Shown here: piece by piece, positions 21,821 through 32,453 of the stretch
Numbering within the stretch: the first letter of the stretch is position 1
How the letters are laid out: every line of letters begins with the position of its first letter
Assembly (NCBI GenBank): GCA_016872515.1
Contig: VGZR01000001.1
Location: 167,322 to 231,321 of the forward strand
DNA: 64,000 nucleotides
Source: SAR202 cluster bacterium
GTDB taxonomy: Bacteria > Chloroflexota > Dehalococcoidia > Lucifugimonadales > VGZR01
Reading direction: 5' to 3'
The notes under the pieces: generated by a model
Seen by the model: the letters and a program-made list of their open reading frames with translations, nothing else
The model's database searches: none
What the model was told of the DNA's origin: nothing
Position numbers and translations under genes: made by a program

Positions 21821-22651
21821 ATGGCACTCAAGGTAGTCAAAGCAGTCACCCCAGGGCAGCAAGGGCGAGTCAAGCAAACGTCCGAGGGTATCACACGCTC
21901 CAAGCCCAAGAAGTCGCTGCTCACTGACCAGCGCCAACGCGCGGGCCGCAACTCTGCGGGCCGCGTCACTGTGCGCCATCGCGGCAGCGGCGAGAAGCGG
22001 CAGTACCGCGCTATTGACTTCAAGCGCGACAAGATTGGCGTCGTCGGCCAGGCCGTCAGCGTCGAGTACGACCCCAACCGCTCCTGCCGCATCGCCTTGG
22101 TCAAATACCAAGACGGCGACTGGCGCTACATCCTGGCGCCGGACGGGCTCAAGGTCGGCGACACCATCGAGGCCGGCGAAGGCGCCGAAGTCAAGAACGG
22201 CAACGCCCTCCCCCTTAGAGCCATCCCCACGGGCACGCTGGTCCACAACGTCGAGATGAAGGCCGGCAAGGGCGGGCAGATGGTGCGCAGCGCCGGCGTC
22301 GCCGCCCAGGTGTTGGCAAAGGAAGGCGAGTACACCCTCCTGCGCCTCCCATCGGGCGAGGTCCGCCAGGTGCTCAGCGACTGCATGGCCACCGTCGGTC
22401 AGGTTGGCGCTCTCGACCACAAAAACATCAAGCTCGGCAAGGCTGGCCGCAAACGCCACATGGGCTGGCGGCCAGAGGTCCGGGGCGTCGCCATGTCCCC
22501 GCGAGACCATCCCCACGGCGGCGGCGAGGGCCGCTCCCCCATCGGCATGCCAGGGCCCAAGTCGCCGTGGGGCAAGCCCACGCTGGGCCACCGCACGCGC
22601 CGCAACAAGCGCAGCAGCAAGTACATCGTACGCAGACGGTACGATAAGTAG
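21821..22651 (+). CDS. rplB: 50S ribosomal protein L2
   Basis: [16 protein letters not shown]...[13 protein letters not shown]. Confidence 0.95.
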   Translation: MALKVVKAVTPGQQGRVKQTSEGITRSKPKKSLLTDQRQRAGRNSAGRVTVRHRGSGEKRQYRAIDFKRDKIGVVGQAVSVEYDPNRSCRIALVKYQDGDWRYILAPDGLKVGDTIEAGEGAEVKNGNALPLRAIPTGTLVHNVEMKAGKGGQMVRSAGVAAQVLAKEGEYTLLRLPSGEVRQVLSDCMATVGQVGALDHKNIKLGKAGRKRHMGWRPEVRGVAMSPRDHPHGGGEGRSPIGMPGPKSPWGKPTLGHRTRRNKRSSKYIVRRRYDK

Positions 22652-22678
22652 AATCAGACGGAGTGACGGGAACAGCAC

Positions 22679-23047
22679 ATGTCCAGGTCTATCAAAAAGG
22701 GCCCATTCGTAGACAAGAAGCTGGCCAAGAAGGTGGAGGCGGCTCGCCGCTCTAGCAGCAAGGCCATCATCAAGACCTGGTCGCGGGCCTCGATGATCAT
22801 GCCCGACATGCTCGGGCTGACCATCGCTGTCCACGACGGGCGGCGCCACGTCCCCCTGTTCATCACGGAGAACATGGTCGGACACCGCCTTGGCGAGTTC
22901 GCCGCCACCCGCATATTCCGCGCCCACGGCTCCAAGACAGAGAAGACCACCGAGGTCGCCCCCTCCGGCGGTCCAGGCCCAAGTGCTCCTGCGGCGGCCG
23001 GCGGCGGTGCAGGTGCGGGCGGCAGGGCAGCGCCCTCAAGGTCATAG
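22679..23047 (+). CDS. rpsS: 30S ribosomal protein S19 with Gly/Ala/Pro-rich C-terminal tail
   Basis: [15 protein letters not shown]...[11 protein letters not shown], followed by a tail of about 30 aa. Confidence 0.95.
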   Translation: MSRSIKKGPFVDKKLAKKVEAARRSSSKAIIKTWSRASMIMPDMLGLTIAVHDGRRHVPLFITENMVGHRLGEFAATRIFRAHGSKTEKTTEVAPSGGPGPSAPAAAGGGAGAGGRAAPSRS

Positions 23048-23066
23048 TCTTTCGGAGTGAAGTGTT

Positions 23067-23408
23067 GTGGCCGTAACAGCAGTCAGTAGAAACACCGGCG
23101 TCTCGGCGAAGAAAGTGAAGCCGGTCATAGACCTCGTGCGCGGCAAGCGGGTCGAAGAGGCCCTCCAGGTATTGGAGTTCCTCCCCGGCCTCGCCGCTTC
23201 TCGCGTCGCCAAGGTCGTGAAGTCGGCCTCCGCCAACGCAGAGAACGAGCTCATGGCCCGCCCCGCTGACCTCACCATCGTCAAGATATTCGCCAACGAG
23301 GGGCCGCGTACCAAGCGGTTCCGGCCCCGCGCACGCGGACGCGCCAACAAGGTCATGCGCAGGAACAGCCACATCACCGTTGTTGTAGACCAGCAGGAGG
23401 GGCAATAG
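23067..23408 (+). CDS. rplV: 50S ribosomal protein L22
   Basis: SAKKVKPVIDLVRGKRVEEAL. Confidence 0.95.
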   Translation: MAVTAVSRNTGVSAKKVKPVIDLVRGKRVEEALQVLEFLPGLAASRVAKVVKSASANAENELMARPADLTIVKIFANEGPRTKRFRPRARGRANKVMRRNSHITVVVDQQEGQ

Positions 23409-23409
23409 C

Positions 23410-24162
23410 TTGGGGCATAAGACCCATCCCATAGGTTTCCGCCTCGGCGTCACGAGGGACTGGCAGGCCCACTGGTTCGCGGACAAGCAGAAAGGCTACC
23501 GCGCGCTGGTGAAGGAAGACATCGCCATCCGCAGCAGCATCATCGATAAGTACCCCGAAGCTGGCATCGCGAAGGTGGAGATTGAGCGCGGCTCGAACGA
23601 GGTCATCGTGACCGTTCACACCGCCAGGCCGGGCATCGTCATCGGCCGCGGCGGGCAGCGCGTCGAAGAGCTCCGCAAGATGCTCGAGGGACTGACCGAG
23701 CGCAAGGCGCGCCTCAACGTCCAGGAGATCCGGCAGCCGGAGCTCGACGCCTTCCTCGTCGCTCGCAGTATCGGCGACCAACTCGAACGCCGGATCGCCT
23801 TCCGCCGCGCCATCCGCCAGTCGGTCGGCAGGACCATGCAGGCCGGAGCCAAGGGCATCAAGGTCATCGCGTCGGGCCGCCTCGGCGGCGCCGAAATCGC
23901 CCGTAAAGAGAAGGCGATGGAAGGGCGCATCCCCCTCCACACCCTGCGGGCGGACATTGACTTCGGTATCGCGGAGGCCGCCACCGAGTACGGACGCATA
24001 GGCATCAAAGTCTGGATCTACCACGGGGACCAGGTCCGCGCCGTCAGGCCGCAGGAGGCCGAGGAGATGGCCCCCATCGAAGTAACCGTCAAACCAGAGC
24101 CGGAGCCAGAGGCTACTGCAAATGCTGCAACCGAAACGGGTAAAGTACAGGAATCACCATAG
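23410..24162 (+). CDS. rpsC: 30S ribosomal protein S3
   Basis: TTG start. [13 protein letters not shown]...; the acidic C-terminal tail overlaps rplP by 41 nt. Confidence 0.95.
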   Translation: MGHKTHPIGFRLGVTRDWQAHWFADKQKGYRALVKEDIAIRSSIIDKYPEAGIAKVEIERGSNEVIVTVHTARPGIVIGRGGQRVEELRKMLEGLTERKARLNVQEIRQPELDAFLVARSIGDQLERRIAFRRAIRQSVGRTMQAGAKGIKVIASGRLGGAEIARKEKAMEGRIPLHTLRADIDFGIAEAATEYGRIGIKVWIYHGDQVRAVRPQEAEEMAPIEVTVKPEPEPEATANAATETGKVQESP

Positions 24163-24535
24163 GGGTAGGCGGAAGGGCGTAGCCGCTGGCGGCAACTCCG
24201 TCCACCTTGGCGAGTTCGGGCTGAAAGCCTTGGAGCCCGCCTGGGTCACCTCGCGCCAGATCGAGGCGGCCCGGCGCGCCCTCACCCGGCACGTCCGCAG
24301 GGGCGGCAAGGTCTGGATCCGCATCTTCCCCGACAAGTCCGTCACATCCCGCCCTGCGGAGACCCGCATGGGCGGCGGCAAGGGCGCCGTTGACCACTGG
24401 GTCGCCGTCGTCAAGCCCGGACGTGTCCTCTTCGAGATGTCGGGCGTGCCGGAAGACGTGGCCAAAGAGGCCCTCAAACTGGCCGCCGACAAGCTGCCCA
24501 TCGCCACCAAGTTCGTCACGAAACACGCGGTTTGA
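24122..24535 (+). CDS. rplP: 50S ribosomal protein L16
   Basis: [19 protein letters not shown]. Confidence 0.95.
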   Translation: MLQPKRVKYRNHHRGRRKGVAAGGNSVHLGEFGLKALEPAWVTSRQIEAARRALTRHVRRGGKVWIRIFPDKSVTSRPAETRMGGGKGAVDHWVAVVKPGRVLFEMSGVPEDVAKEALKLAADKLPIATKFVTKHAV

Positions 24536-24585
24536 GTTCAGGGTGAACGCGTTTCTATCCATACAAACCAGAAGTCTCAACAGAC

Positions 24586-24720
24586 TCCTTTCCCCCTTGA
24601 GGGGGGAGGGCCGGCGTGGGGGTGAGTCCGTCGCCCCTCCTCTGGAGCCTGCCCTGAGCGCAGCCGAACGGGGAGAGGCCTTTGAACTCCACGACGCAGC
24701 CCAAAGGGTGAGGGGTAGGT
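24586..24720. repeat. mosaic repeat, two units filling the rplP-rpmC spacer
   Basis: CTCCTTTCCCCC-TTGA-GGGGGGAGGG..GGGGGTGAGTCC, then CCCCTCCTCTGGAGCCTGCCCTGAGCGCAGCCGAACGGGGAGAGG...CCCAAAGGGTGAGGGGTAGGT. It ends 1 nt before the rpmC ATG. Confidence 0.85.
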
Positions 24721-24721
24721 A

Positions 24722-24925
24722 ATGAACATCGCTGAGATCAGAGCGCTTTCCGATGCCGATCTGGCTACCCAGCTCGGCGAGAGCGAGCGCGCCCTTATGA
24801 ACCTCCGCTTCCGCGTGGCGACCCTCCAGCTCGCCAACGTGAACGAGGTCAGGAAAACGCGCCGTCAGATTGCCAAGATTAAGACGGTCATGCGCGAGAG
24901 GGAGCTGGCCACGGCCGCACAATGA
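24722..24925 (+). CDS. rpmC: 50S ribosomal protein L29
   Basis: 67 aa. EIRALSDADLATQLGESERALMNLRF. Assigned also by operon position. Confidence 0.9.
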   Translation: MNIAEIRALSDADLATQLGESERALMNLRFRVATLQLANVNEVRKTRRQIAKIKTVMRERELATAAQ

Positions 24926-25428
24926 GCTACGAACGACGCAAGATACGCATCGGCAAAGTCGTCAGCAACAAGATGACGAAGACGGTCGTCGTCTCGGTGG
25001 ACTGGCGCGGTCAGCACAAGCTGTACCGCAAATCCATCAGACGCCGCAGCCACTTCATGGCCCACGACCCCGAGGGCAAGTGCCGTCTGGGAGACACCGT
25101 CAAGATTATCGCGACCCGGCCCATCTCCAAACTCAAGCGCTGGCGCGTGACAGAGGTCCTGGCCCACGAGGAGATGGCCACCGAGATCCGGCCCGAGGAG
25201 ATTGCGGTGCCGGAGGAAGTCCAAGCGCCGAAGGCCGTGGCCCCTGTGGCTGCTGAGGCCGCCGCCGAAGCCCCGGCGGAAGCCGAAGAGAAGCCCAAGG
25301 CCAGGCGGACACGGGCCGAGGCCGAGGCCGCCGAACAGCCCGCCGCTGAGGCCAAGCCGAAGGCACCGCGCAAGTCGCGCGCCAAGGCGGAAGGCGACGC
25401 CTCCGGAGAGGGAGAAAACGCACAGTGA
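24922..25428 (+). CDS. rpsQ: 30S ribosomal protein S17 with an Ala/Glu/Lys-rich C-terminal extension of about 85 aa
   Basis: [16 protein letters not shown]...RWRVTEVL, followed by a low-complexity tail. Confidence 0.9.
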   Translation: MSYERRKIRIGKVVSNKMTKTVVVSVDWRGQHKLYRKSIRRRSHFMAHDPEGKCRLGDTVKIIATRPISKLKRWRVTEVLAHEEMATEIRPEEIAVPEEVQAPKAVAPVAAEAAAEAPAEAEEKPKARRTRAEAEAAEQPAAEAKPKAPRKSRAKAEGDASGEGENAQ

Positions 25429-25793
25429 TCCAGCTGCTTTCTCGTCTGAAAGTCGCCGATAACTCAGGCGCCAGAATCATAAGCTGCGTCGGCATCCCCG
25501 GTGGCAGCGGGCGGCGCTACGCCGCCGTCGGAGATATCATCATGGCCGCCGTCAAAGAGGCCACGCCCGCCGCGGGCATTAAACAGGGCGAGGTGGTCAA
25601 GGCGGTCGTCGTGCGCACCGTGCGCCCGCACCGCCGCGCCGACGGCTCCAACATCCGCTTCGATGACAACGCCGCCGTCATCATCGGCGATGACCTGCTG
25701 CCCCGCGGAACGCGCATCTTTGGCCCCGTCGCCAGAGAGCTGCGCGAGAAGAACTTCATGCGCATCGTTTCGCTCGCGCCGGAGGTGCTCTAG
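25425..25793 (+). CDS. rplN: 50S ribosomal protein L14
   Basis: GTG start overlapping the rpsQ stop (GTGA). [17 protein letters not shown]. Confidence 0.95.
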   Translation: MIQLLSRLKVADNSGARIISCVGIPGGSGRRYAAVGDIIMAAVKEATPAAGIKQGEVVKAVVVRTVRPHRRADGSNIRFDDNAAVIIGDDLLPRGTRIFGPVARELREKNFMRIVSLAPEVL

Positions 25794-25795
25794 CC

Positions 25796-26107
25796 ATGCA
25801 CGTCCGGACCAACGACACCGTCCTGGTCATCAAGGGCCGGGACAGAGGCAAGCAGGGTAAGGTGCAACGCGTCCTCCCCAGAGAGGGACGGGTCCTAGTC
25901 GAGGGAGTGAACCTCGTCAAGCGGCATACCAAGGCGAGGGCCGGCATCCGTCAGGCGGGCATCATCCAGAAGGAGATGCCCCTCCGCGCGGCCAACGTCC
26001 AGCTCATCTGCGCCAAGTGCACCAAGCCGACCAGGGTCGGCTACAAGCGGCTGGCAGACCACACCGGCCTGCGCGTGTGCCTGCAGTGCAAGGAAACGAT
26101 TGAGTGA
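25796..26107 (+). CDS. rplX: 50S ribosomal protein L24
   Basis: [18 protein letters not shown]. Confidence 0.95.
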   Translation: MHVRTNDTVLVIKGRDRGKQGKVQRVLPREGRVLVEGVNLVKRHTKARAGIRQAGIIQKEMPLRAANVQLICAKCTKPTRVGYKRLADHTGLRVCLQCKETIE

Positions 26108-27087
26108 TGAACGAGCAAGAAGAAAAGCGCCAAAACCAAGCTAAAGCCGAGGGCGAGCCCTCGCAGCCGAAGGCGCCGCGCAAGCGCGCCTCGCCTCTCG
26201 TGAAAGCAGAGGCGCCGGCCGCCGAGGACTCCAAGCCCGAGACGCGGAAGCCCGTAGGGGCCCACGGCCGTGCGCCCAAGGCGCCGAAGCCCAAAGCGGA
26301 AGCAGCGCCGGAGTCGGCGGTCGCGGCGGTCGCGTCTGCGGTTCCAGCCAAGGCACAGGCCCCCAAGGCCGAAGCACCCAAAACCGCCGAGGCTAAGGCA
26401 AAGCCCGAAGCTGCCGCTGGGGCAAGGCCCGCAGGCAAGGGCCCCCAACAGAAGGGCAAAGGTAAGCCCGAGGCCTCCGCGGATGAGCCGCCCGCTCTCA
26501 AGGGCCCCCTGCCTCCGCCGAGACTCCTCGACAAACAACGCAAGACCGTCGGTCCCGCGCTGATGAAAGAGTTCGGCTACAAGTCACCGATGCAGGTCCC
26601 CACGGTCAAGAAGATCGTGGCCAACATCGGCATGGGCGAAGCTCTCACCAACCCCAAGGCCATCGAGAACGCCACCGCCGACCTCTCCGCCATCACCGGG
26701 CAGAAGCCCGTGGCGACCAAGGCCAAGAAGTCCATCGCAGCCTTTAAGGTCCGCCAGGGACAAGTCATCGGCCTGAGCGTCACCCTACGCGGACGCCGCA
26801 TGTGGGAGTTCCTCGACCGGCTCATCAGCTCCGCGCTGCCCAGGATCAGGGACTTCCGCGGCGTGTCCCGCAAGGCCTTCGACGGCCGCGGGAACTACTC
26901 CTTGGGCGTCCATGAGCAGGTCATCTTCCCTGAGATCGACTACAACGCCGTGGACCGGATGCGCGGCTTCCAGATAATCATCGTCACTTCCGCCAACTCG
27001 GACCGCGAGGGCATGCGGCTCCTTGAACTTTTGGGCGTGCCCTTCGAGCGGCCTGAGGCGGGCAGGGCGCAGTCCAGGGTAGCGTAG
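26104..27087 (+). CDS. rplE: 50S ribosomal protein L5 with an Ala/Lys/Pro-rich N-terminal extension of about 140 aa
   Basis: The canonical L5 core begins near [41 protein letters not shown]. There is no ATG/GTG/TTG in frame close to the core start. The ORF opens at GTG 26104/ATG 26107, overlapping the rplX stop. Confidence 0.85.
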   Translation: MMNEQEEKRQNQAKAEGEPSQPKAPRKRASPLVKAEAPAAEDSKPETRKPVGAHGRAPKAPKPKAEAAPESAVAAVASAVPAKAQAPKAEAPKTAEAKAKPEAAAGARPAGKGPQQKGKGKPEASADEPPALKGPLPPPRLLDKQRKTVGPALMKEFGYKSPMQVPTVKKIVANIGMGEALTNPKAIENATADLSAITGQKPVATKAKKSIAAFKVRQGQVIGLSVTLRGRRMWEFLDRLISSALPRIRDFRGVSRKAFDGRGNYSLGVHEQVIFPEIDYNAVDRMRGFQIIIVTSANSDREGMRLLELLGVPFERPEAGRAQSRVA

Positions 27088-27133
27088 AGTCACCGTCACA
27101 GCATTGAGCGATTAGACAGGTCGGTGGTAAAAA

Positions 27134-27319
27134 GTGGCAAGCGAACGACAAAAGGCCAAGTGGCGCAGAGAAGCCAAGTTTTCCAGCCGGATCCATAACC
27201 GGTGCAACCGGTGCGGCAGGCCCAGGGCGTACATACGCCAGTTCGGCCTTTGCCGCCTCTGCTTCAGGGAGATGGCCCTGAAGGGCATGCTCCCCGGCGT
27301 CCGGAAGGCGAGTTGGTAG
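27134..27319 (+). CDS. rpsN: 30S ribosomal protein S14 type Z (zinc-binding)
   Basis: 61 aa. [23 protein letters not shown]. Confidence 0.95.
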   Translation: MASERQKAKWRREAKFSSRIHNRCNRCGRPRAYIRQFGLCRLCFREMALKGMLPGVRKASW

Positions 27320-27327
27320 GGAGACAT

Positions 27328-27393
27328 TCCCTCCGCTCCCTCATGGGGAGGGGCCTTTGGCTCCGACCGCGTCGGAGGCAAAGGGTGAGAGGT
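27328..27393. repeat. mosaic repeat, A-B-T unit in the rpsN-rpsH spacer
   Basis: CTCCC-TCAT-GGGGAGGGG, then CCTTTGGCTCCGAC-CGC-GTCGGAGGCAAAGG, then GTGAGAGGTA. Confidence 0.8.
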
Positions 27394-27431
27394 AAAACAA
27401 ACGTGGCAACATACGGTACGAGGGACCATAG

Positions 27432-27833
27432 ATGGCAGTAACAGACCCCATCGCGGATATGTTGACGAGGATTAGGAATGCCTCTTCGGTGCGGCACGAC
27501 TCGGTCTCGATACCCGTGTCGAAGGCGAAGATTGCCCTTGCGAAGCTGCTCAAGGAAGAGGGCTTCATCGAAGCGTACGAGGTTCAGCAGGGCAAAGCCG
27601 CTCCAGCTGCCCTGAAGATCTATCTGCACTACCGCAACCGCACCGACCCGGGCATCAAGGGCCTCAAGCGTGTGAGCAAGCCCGGCCTGCGGGTCTACGT
27701 CGGCAAGGGAGAGATACCCCGGTACTACGGTGGCCTGGGCGTGGCGGTCCTGTCCACCTCCCAAGGCGTGATGACAGGAAAACAAGCGTGGCACAAGGGG
27801 CTCGGCGGCGAGCTGCTCTGCTACGTGTGGTAG
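27432..27833 (+). CDS. rpsH: 30S ribosomal protein S8
   Basis: [17 protein letters not shown]. Confidence 0.95.
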   Translation: MAVTDPIADMLTRIRNASSVRHDSVSIPVSKAKIALAKLLKEEGFIEAYEVQQGKAAPAALKIYLHYRNRTDPGIKGLKRVSKPGLRVYVGKGEIPRYYGGLGVAVLSTSQGVMTGKQAWHKGLGGELLCYVW

Positions 27834-27842
27834 GAGTCTGAC

Positions 27843-28388
27843 GTGTCGAGGATCGGCAGAAAACCAGTAGTCTTGGCCAAGGGCGTCGAAGCGGCGGTCA
27901 GCGGCCAAGAGGTCACCATTAAAGGCCCGAAGGGCACCCTCAAGCACGCCGCCCACCCCTTCGTGAAAGTGGCCCTGAAGGACGACGCGCTCGTCGTGGA
28001 GCGCTCCTCGGACGAGCCGTTCCACCGCGCACTCCACGGCCTGACCCGCAGCCTGCTGGCCAACATGGTCACCGGCGTCACCGCAGGCTACACCCGGAGC
28101 CTCGACCTCGTCGGCGTCGGCTACCGTGCCCAGCAGAGTGGCAAGAACGTCTCGTTGAGCGTGATGATGACCCATACCGTGGACGTCGTTCCCCCGCCCG
28201 GCATCACCCTCGAAGTCGAGGGACAGAACCGCGTCCATGTCCGCGGCATTGACAGGCAGCTGGTCGGCAACACCGCCGCGAAGATCCGGGCCGTGCGCCC
28301 CCCCAATGCCTACACCGGCAAAGGCATCCGCTATGCGGACGAGAATGTGAAGCTCAAGCCCGGGAAGAGCGCGAGGAAGGCCCAATAA
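27843..28388 (+). CDS. rplF: 50S ribosomal protein L6
   Basis: [16 protein letters not shown]. Confidence 0.95.
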   Translation: MSRIGRKPVVLAKGVEAAVSGQEVTIKGPKGTLKHAAHPFVKVALKDDALVVERSSDEPFHRALHGLTRSLLANMVTGVTAGYTRSLDLVGVGYRAQQSGKNVSLSVMMTHTVDVVPPPGITLEVEGQNRVHVRGIDRQLVGNTAAKIRAVRPPNAYTGKGIRYADENVKLKPGKSARKAQ

Positions 28389-28756
28389 TGGGTTCTGTAA
28401 AGACAGCTAGCCACCGCAGGATCATCAGGCACGAGCGCGTCCGCCGCAAGATCGTCGGCACCGCCGAGCGGCCCCGCCTTGCCGTCTTTCGCAGCCTCAA
28501 CCACATCTATGCGCAGGTGATTGACGACACCAAGCGGGCCACCCTCGCCTCCGCATCCAGCCTCGACCCCAAGCTGCGCGGCGACGCTGCCAAGGCCCGC
28601 AAGAGCGACGTTTCCAAGCTGGTCGGCGCCCTCGTCGCCCAGAGAGCCAAAGAGAAGGGCGTGAAGACTGTCGTCTTCGACCGCGGCGGCACCCAGTTCC
28701 ATGGCCGTGTGAAGGCCCTGGCTGACGCAGCCCGTAAGGGAGGTTTGGAGTTCTGA
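28388..28756 (+). CDS. rplR: 50S ribosomal protein L18
   Basis: [34 protein letters not shown]. Confidence 0.95.
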   Translation: MGSVKTASHRRIIRHERVRRKIVGTAERPRLAVFRSLNHIYAQVIDDTKRATLASASSLDPKLRGDAAKARKSDVSKLVGALVAQRAKEKGVKTVVFDRGGTQFHGRVKALADAARKGGLEF

Positions 28757-29319
28757 TGACTAGCATGCGGCCCCAACGGGCGCCGGAGACCGTCGTCTTC
28801 GGTGGTGAAGAGTTGACCCTCCAAGAGAGGGTCGTCAAGATTTCCCGAGTCGCCAAGGTCATCAAAGGCGGCCGCCACCTCAGCTTCGCCGCGGTCGTCG
28901 TCGTCGGCGACGGCAACGGCCACGTCGGCATCGGCCACGGCAAGGCCGACGCCGTCCCCGATGCCGTCCGCAAAGGCGCCTACGACGCCAAGAAGCACCT
29001 CGTGACGGTGCCCCTCAAGGACCGCACCATCCCCCACGAGGTCACCGCGCGCTCCGGCGCCTCCGAGGTCAGGCTCCTCCCCGCCGTCCCAGGCACCGGC
29101 GTCATCGCCGGCGGCGCCGTACGCGCCGTCGTCGAACTAGCAGGCATCAAAGACATCCTCACCAAGGCCCACGGCTCGACCAACCCCGTCAACTGCGTGA
29201 AGGCCACCTACTCCGCCATCCAGATGCTCACGAACCCTAAAGAAGAGTTGGACCGCCGCAGGCAGGTGGCCGAGATGGTCGGCGCCAGGCTGCAACGCAA
29301 AGTCCAGCGCAAGGTCTGA
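28756..29319 (+). CDS. rpsE: 30S ribosomal protein S5
   Basis: [39 protein letters not shown]. Confidence 0.95.
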   Translation: MTSMRPQRAPETVVFGGEELTLQERVVKISRVAKVIKGGRHLSFAAVVVVGDGNGHVGIGHGKADAVPDAVRKGAYDAKKHLVTVPLKDRTIPHEVTARSGASEVRLLPAVPGTGVIAGGAVRAVVELAGIKDILTKAHGSTNPVNCVKATYSAIQMLTNPKEELDRRRQVAEMVGARLQRKVQRKV

Positions 29320-29324
29320 TACCC

Positions 29325-29507
29325 ATGGCCAAACTCACCATCACCTGGAAAAAGAGCGCCATAGGCTACACCCAAGACCAGCGGCGCACCATCGCCGGCC
29401 TCGGCCTGCGCAAGCTCCACCAGACTGTCGTGCACGACGACACGCCCTCCATCCGCGGTATGGTCAACCTCGTGCGGCACCTCGTCGAAGTAAAGGAGAC
29501 CGCCTAA
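29325..29507 (+). CDS. rpmD: 50S ribosomal protein L30
   Basis: 60 aa. [29 protein letters not shown]. Confidence 0.9.
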   Translation: MAKLTITWKKSAIGYTQDQRRTIAGLGLRKLHQTVVHDDTPSIRGMVNLVRHLVEVKETA

Positions 29508-29517
29508 AGATATCATC

Positions 29518-29613
29518 GGGTAGGGTGGGGACATCCCCTCCCCCCTTGAGAGGGGAGGACATCTGGGCTGACTAGGTCGGCCCAAAGAGGTAGGGCTGAA
29601 GCCCCCCTCACCC
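29518..29613. repeat. mosaic repeat, T-A-B-T in the rpmD-rplO spacer
   Basis: GGGTAGGGTGGGG, then CCCCTCCCCCC-TTGA-GAGGGGAGG, then CATCTGGGCTGAC-TAG-GTCGGCCCAAAG, then AGGTAGGG...CCCCCCTCACCC. Confidence 0.85.
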
Positions 29614-29640
29614 AGAGTCGAACGAGCGGAAAAAGGAAAC

Positions 29641-30084
29641 ATGGAACTACACCAACTGAGACCACCAAAAGGCGCTAGGCGCGACCGCAAACGCGTCGGC
29701 CGCGGCGACGGCAGTGGCCACGGCAGCTACTCCGGCAAGGGCATGAAGGGCCAGAAGTCCCGCACCGGCGGCGGCGTCCGCCCCGGCTTCGAGGGCGGCC
29801 AGATTCCGCTCATCAAGTCGCTCCCCACCGCCCGTGGCTTCAACAACAAGTTCCGCGTCCCCTACGCGCCCGTCAACCTCGACCGGCTCGCCCGCTTCCC
29901 CGCCAACAGCGAGGTGACCCCCGCGAGCCTTGCCGAAGCTGGCGTCATAGACGCAGGCACCCGTGTGAAGGTCCTCGCCCGCGGCGAGGTCGCCGTTCCC
30001 CTCACCGTGGCGGCCCAAAAGTTCTCCAAGGCAGCCCGCCAGAAGATCGAGGCCGCAGGCGGCACCGTCAAGGAGCTCGCTTAG
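29641..30084 (+). CDS. rplO: 50S ribosomal protein L15
   Basis: RVGRGDGSGHGSYSGKGMKGQKSR. Confidence 0.95.
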   Translation: MELHQLRPPKGARRDRKRVGRGDGSGHGSYSGKGMKGQKSRTGGGVRPGFEGGQIPLIKSLPTARGFNNKFRVPYAPVNLDRLARFPANSEVTPASLAEAGVIDAGTRVKVLARGEVAVPLTVAAQKFSKAARQKIEAAGGTVKELA

Positions 30085-31403
30085 TGGTCCGCCAGACCCA
30101 AGCCTTCAAGCAAGAGTCAAGCCGGCCGCGGCTCATCCAGTCCATGATCGACGCCATGCGGGTCCCCGATCTGCGGACGAAGATCCTTTTCACCCTTGCC
30201 ATGCTCGTCATCTTCCGTTTCGTCGCCCACGTGCCGGTGCCCGGCGTGGACCCCCAGGCCCTCTCCCAGGCCTTCGAACAGAGCGCCATCCTCGGCTTCC
30301 TCAACCTCTTCAGCGGCGGCGCCTTGGCCAATCTCAGCGTCGCGGCCCTAGGCGTCTATCCCTATATCACCGCGTCCATCGTGATGCAGATCCTCACGCC
30401 CGTCATCCCGTCCCTCAAAGCCCTGTCCCAGGAGGGCGAGTTCGGCCGTCAACGAATCAATCAGTACACCCACTACCTCGCCGTCCCCATCGCCGCTCTC
30501 CAGGCCTGGGGCCAGCTCACCCTGCTCCAGCAGTCCGGTGTCCTCCCCGGTGTGGACTTCGGACTAAACCTCGGCACTCTCGCCATGATTTTCTCCATGG
30601 TGGCTGGCACCATGTTCCTCGTCTGGCTCGGCGAGCTCATCACCGAGCGCGGCCTCGGCAACGGCATCTCTCTCATCATCTTCGGCGGCATCGTTGCCAG
30701 CGTCCCCTCCATCATCGGCCAAGGCTTCCTCGAGCGCGACGATGCCGGTGGACTTCTCCTCCTTGCCGCCTTCGGCATCGGCATCATCTACCTCGTCGTC
30801 CTCTTCACCGAGGCACAGCGCCGCGTCCCCGTCCAGTACGGCCGCAGCGTCTTTCGCGGCGGACGCATGCAGCGCCAGAGCGGCTCCACCTTCCTCCCAC
30901 TCCGCGTCAATTCGGCGGGCATGATCCCCCTCATCTTCGCCTTCTCCATCGTCATCCTCCCGGCGACCGTCGCCAGCTACTTCTCCAACACCAACGCCGC
31001 CGCCCGCCTCGTCACCGACCTGCTCAGCCCCAACGGCCTTGTGTACTACATGCTCGTCGTCTTCCTTGTCGTCATCTTCACCTTCTTCTACACCATGGTC
31101 GTCTTCCAACAACAGAACCTGGCCGAAAACCTCCAGCGCAACGGGGGCTTCATCCCAGGCATACGCCCAGGCAAACCCACCAAGGACTACCTCAACCGAG
31201 TCATCATCCGCATCACATGGGGCGGCGCCCTCTTCCTCGGCTTCGTCGCCTTCCTCCCGTGGCTGGTGACCCAGGCAACGGATATCCGCGCGCTCACCAT
31301 CAGCGCCACCGCGCTCCTCATCATGGTGGGCGTCGCGCTGGACACCATGAGGCAGCTGGAGGCGCAGCTCCTCATGCGCAACTACGAAGGCTTTATCAGG
31401 TGA
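30084..31403 (+). CDS. secY: preprotein translocase subunit SecY
   Basis: Polytopic 439 aa ORF. ILFTLAMLVIFRFVAHVPVPGVD. GTG 30084 overlaps the rplO stop; ATG 30144 is an alternative start. Confidence 0.9.
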   Translation: MVRQTQAFKQESSRPRLIQSMIDAMRVPDLRTKILFTLAMLVIFRFVAHVPVPGVDPQALSQAFEQSAILGFLNLFSGGALANLSVAALGVYPYITASIVMQILTPVIPSLKALSQEGEFGRQRINQYTHYLAVPIAALQAWGQLTLLQQSGVLPGVDFGLNLGTLAMIFSMVAGTMFLVWLGELITERGLGNGISLIIFGGIVASVPSIIGQGFLERDDAGGLLLLAAFGIGIIYLVVLFTEAQRRVPVQYGRSVFRGGRMQRQSGSTFLPLRVNSAGMIPLIFAFSIVILPATVASYFSNTNAAARLVTDLLSPNGLVYYMLVVFLVVIFTFFYTMVVFQQQNLAENLQRNGGFIPGIRPGKPTKDYLNRVIIRITWGGALFLGFVAFLPWLVTQATDIRALTISATALLIMVGVALDTMRQLEAQLLMRNYEGFIR

Positions 31404-31415
31404 CATCGCGCTTTT

Positions 31416-31484
31416 TCTCCTCCCCCCCCCTTGAGGGGGAGGACCTTCGGCGCCGTTGCGGCGACGAAGAGGTAGGGGGTGCGA
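31416..31484. repeat. mosaic repeat, A-B-T unit in the secY-adk spacer
   Basis: CTCCTCCCCCCCCC-TTGA-GGGGGAGGACC, then TTCGGCGCCG-TTG-CGGCGACGAA, then GAGGTAGGGGGTG. Confidence 0.85.
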
Positions 31485-31535
31485 TACAAGGCAAGATGCG
31501 GCGGGAATCATTAGGTAAGGTTGTGGCCTAACGCG

Positions 31536-32189
31536 ATGAGAGTCATCCTTCTCGGCCCGCCCGGCGCGGGCAAGGGTACACAGGTAGAGCGGGTTGCCAA
31601 ACACCTCGGCGTGAATAGGGTGTCGTCCGGCGACCTCTTCCGTGACCACGTCCAGAAGAACTCCGAGCTGGGCCGCCTGGCCCGCTCCTACATGGACCGC
31701 GGTGCGCTCGTCCCCGACGACGTCACCATTCGCATGGTCATGGGCTGGATCAACGCTCCGGAGCAGGCCAAGGGGTTCGTCCTCGACGGGTTCCCGCGCA
31801 CCCTCGCCCAGGCCGGCGCCCTCGCCCAGGCGATGAACGGAAAGGGCGGTATCCACAGGGTTCTGTATATCAATGTCCCGGAAGCGGAGCTGGTCTCCAG
31901 GCTCAGCGGCAGGCTCGTCTGCAGGTCCTGCCATACTCCCTACAACAGCAAGATGTCGCCCCCGAAGAAAGAAGGCAAGTGCGACAAGTGCGGCGGCCAA
32001 CTCTACCAGCGCGAAGACGACAAGCCGGAGGCCGTTCGCAAGCGCCTCCAGGTGTATGTGAAAGAGACCGAACCCCTCGTGGAGTACTACCGGAGCAAAG
32101 GCCTGCTCGCCGAAGTCAACGGCGGGCGCTCCATCGAAGAAGTAGGGAAAGCTTTGGTGGAGGCGGTAACTCAACAAGTTCATCGCTAG
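31536..32189 (+). CDS. adk: adenylate kinase (zinc-lid type)
   Basis: MRVILLGPPGAGKGTQ. Lid CRSC...CDKCGG. Confidence 0.95.
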   Translation: MRVILLGPPGAGKGTQVERVAKHLGVNRVSSGDLFRDHVQKNSELGRLARSYMDRGALVPDDVTIRMVMGWINAPEQAKGFVLDGFPRTLAQAGALAQAMNGKGGIHRVLYINVPEAELVSRLSGRLVCRSCHTPYNSKMSPPKKEGKCDKCGGQLYQREDDKPEAVRKRLQVYVKETEPLVEYYRSKGLLAEVNGGRSIEEVGKALVEAVTQQVHR

Positions 32190-32200
32190 GGTGGAGCATC

Positions 32201-32316
32201 GTACCCCTCACCTCTTTAGGAGTGAGGGTCGCGATTCCTCCCCTCCTCTTGAGGGAGAGGCCTATGGCCGCGCTGGGCCCGGCCATAGAGCCTGCCCTGA
32301 GCTTGTCTAGCGGAAC
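32201..32316. repeat. mosaic repeat cluster in the adk-map spacer
   Basis: CCCTCAC..GTGAGGG hairpin, CCTCCCCTCCTC-TTGA-GGGAGAGG, CCTATGGCCG..CGGCCATAG, GAGCCTGCCCTGAGC module. Confidence 0.85.
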
Positions 32317-32453
32317 AGTGAGTTCGAAAGCATATCTAGCTATAATGAAGAGTAGCGAAGACCGGAGAGGATAAGAACATCAAGCGCGGAGTTGCACTGC
32401 CCCCGCTTCAGGCTGCGGGCATAACCATAAAGTCTCCATCGGAGATAGAGCTC

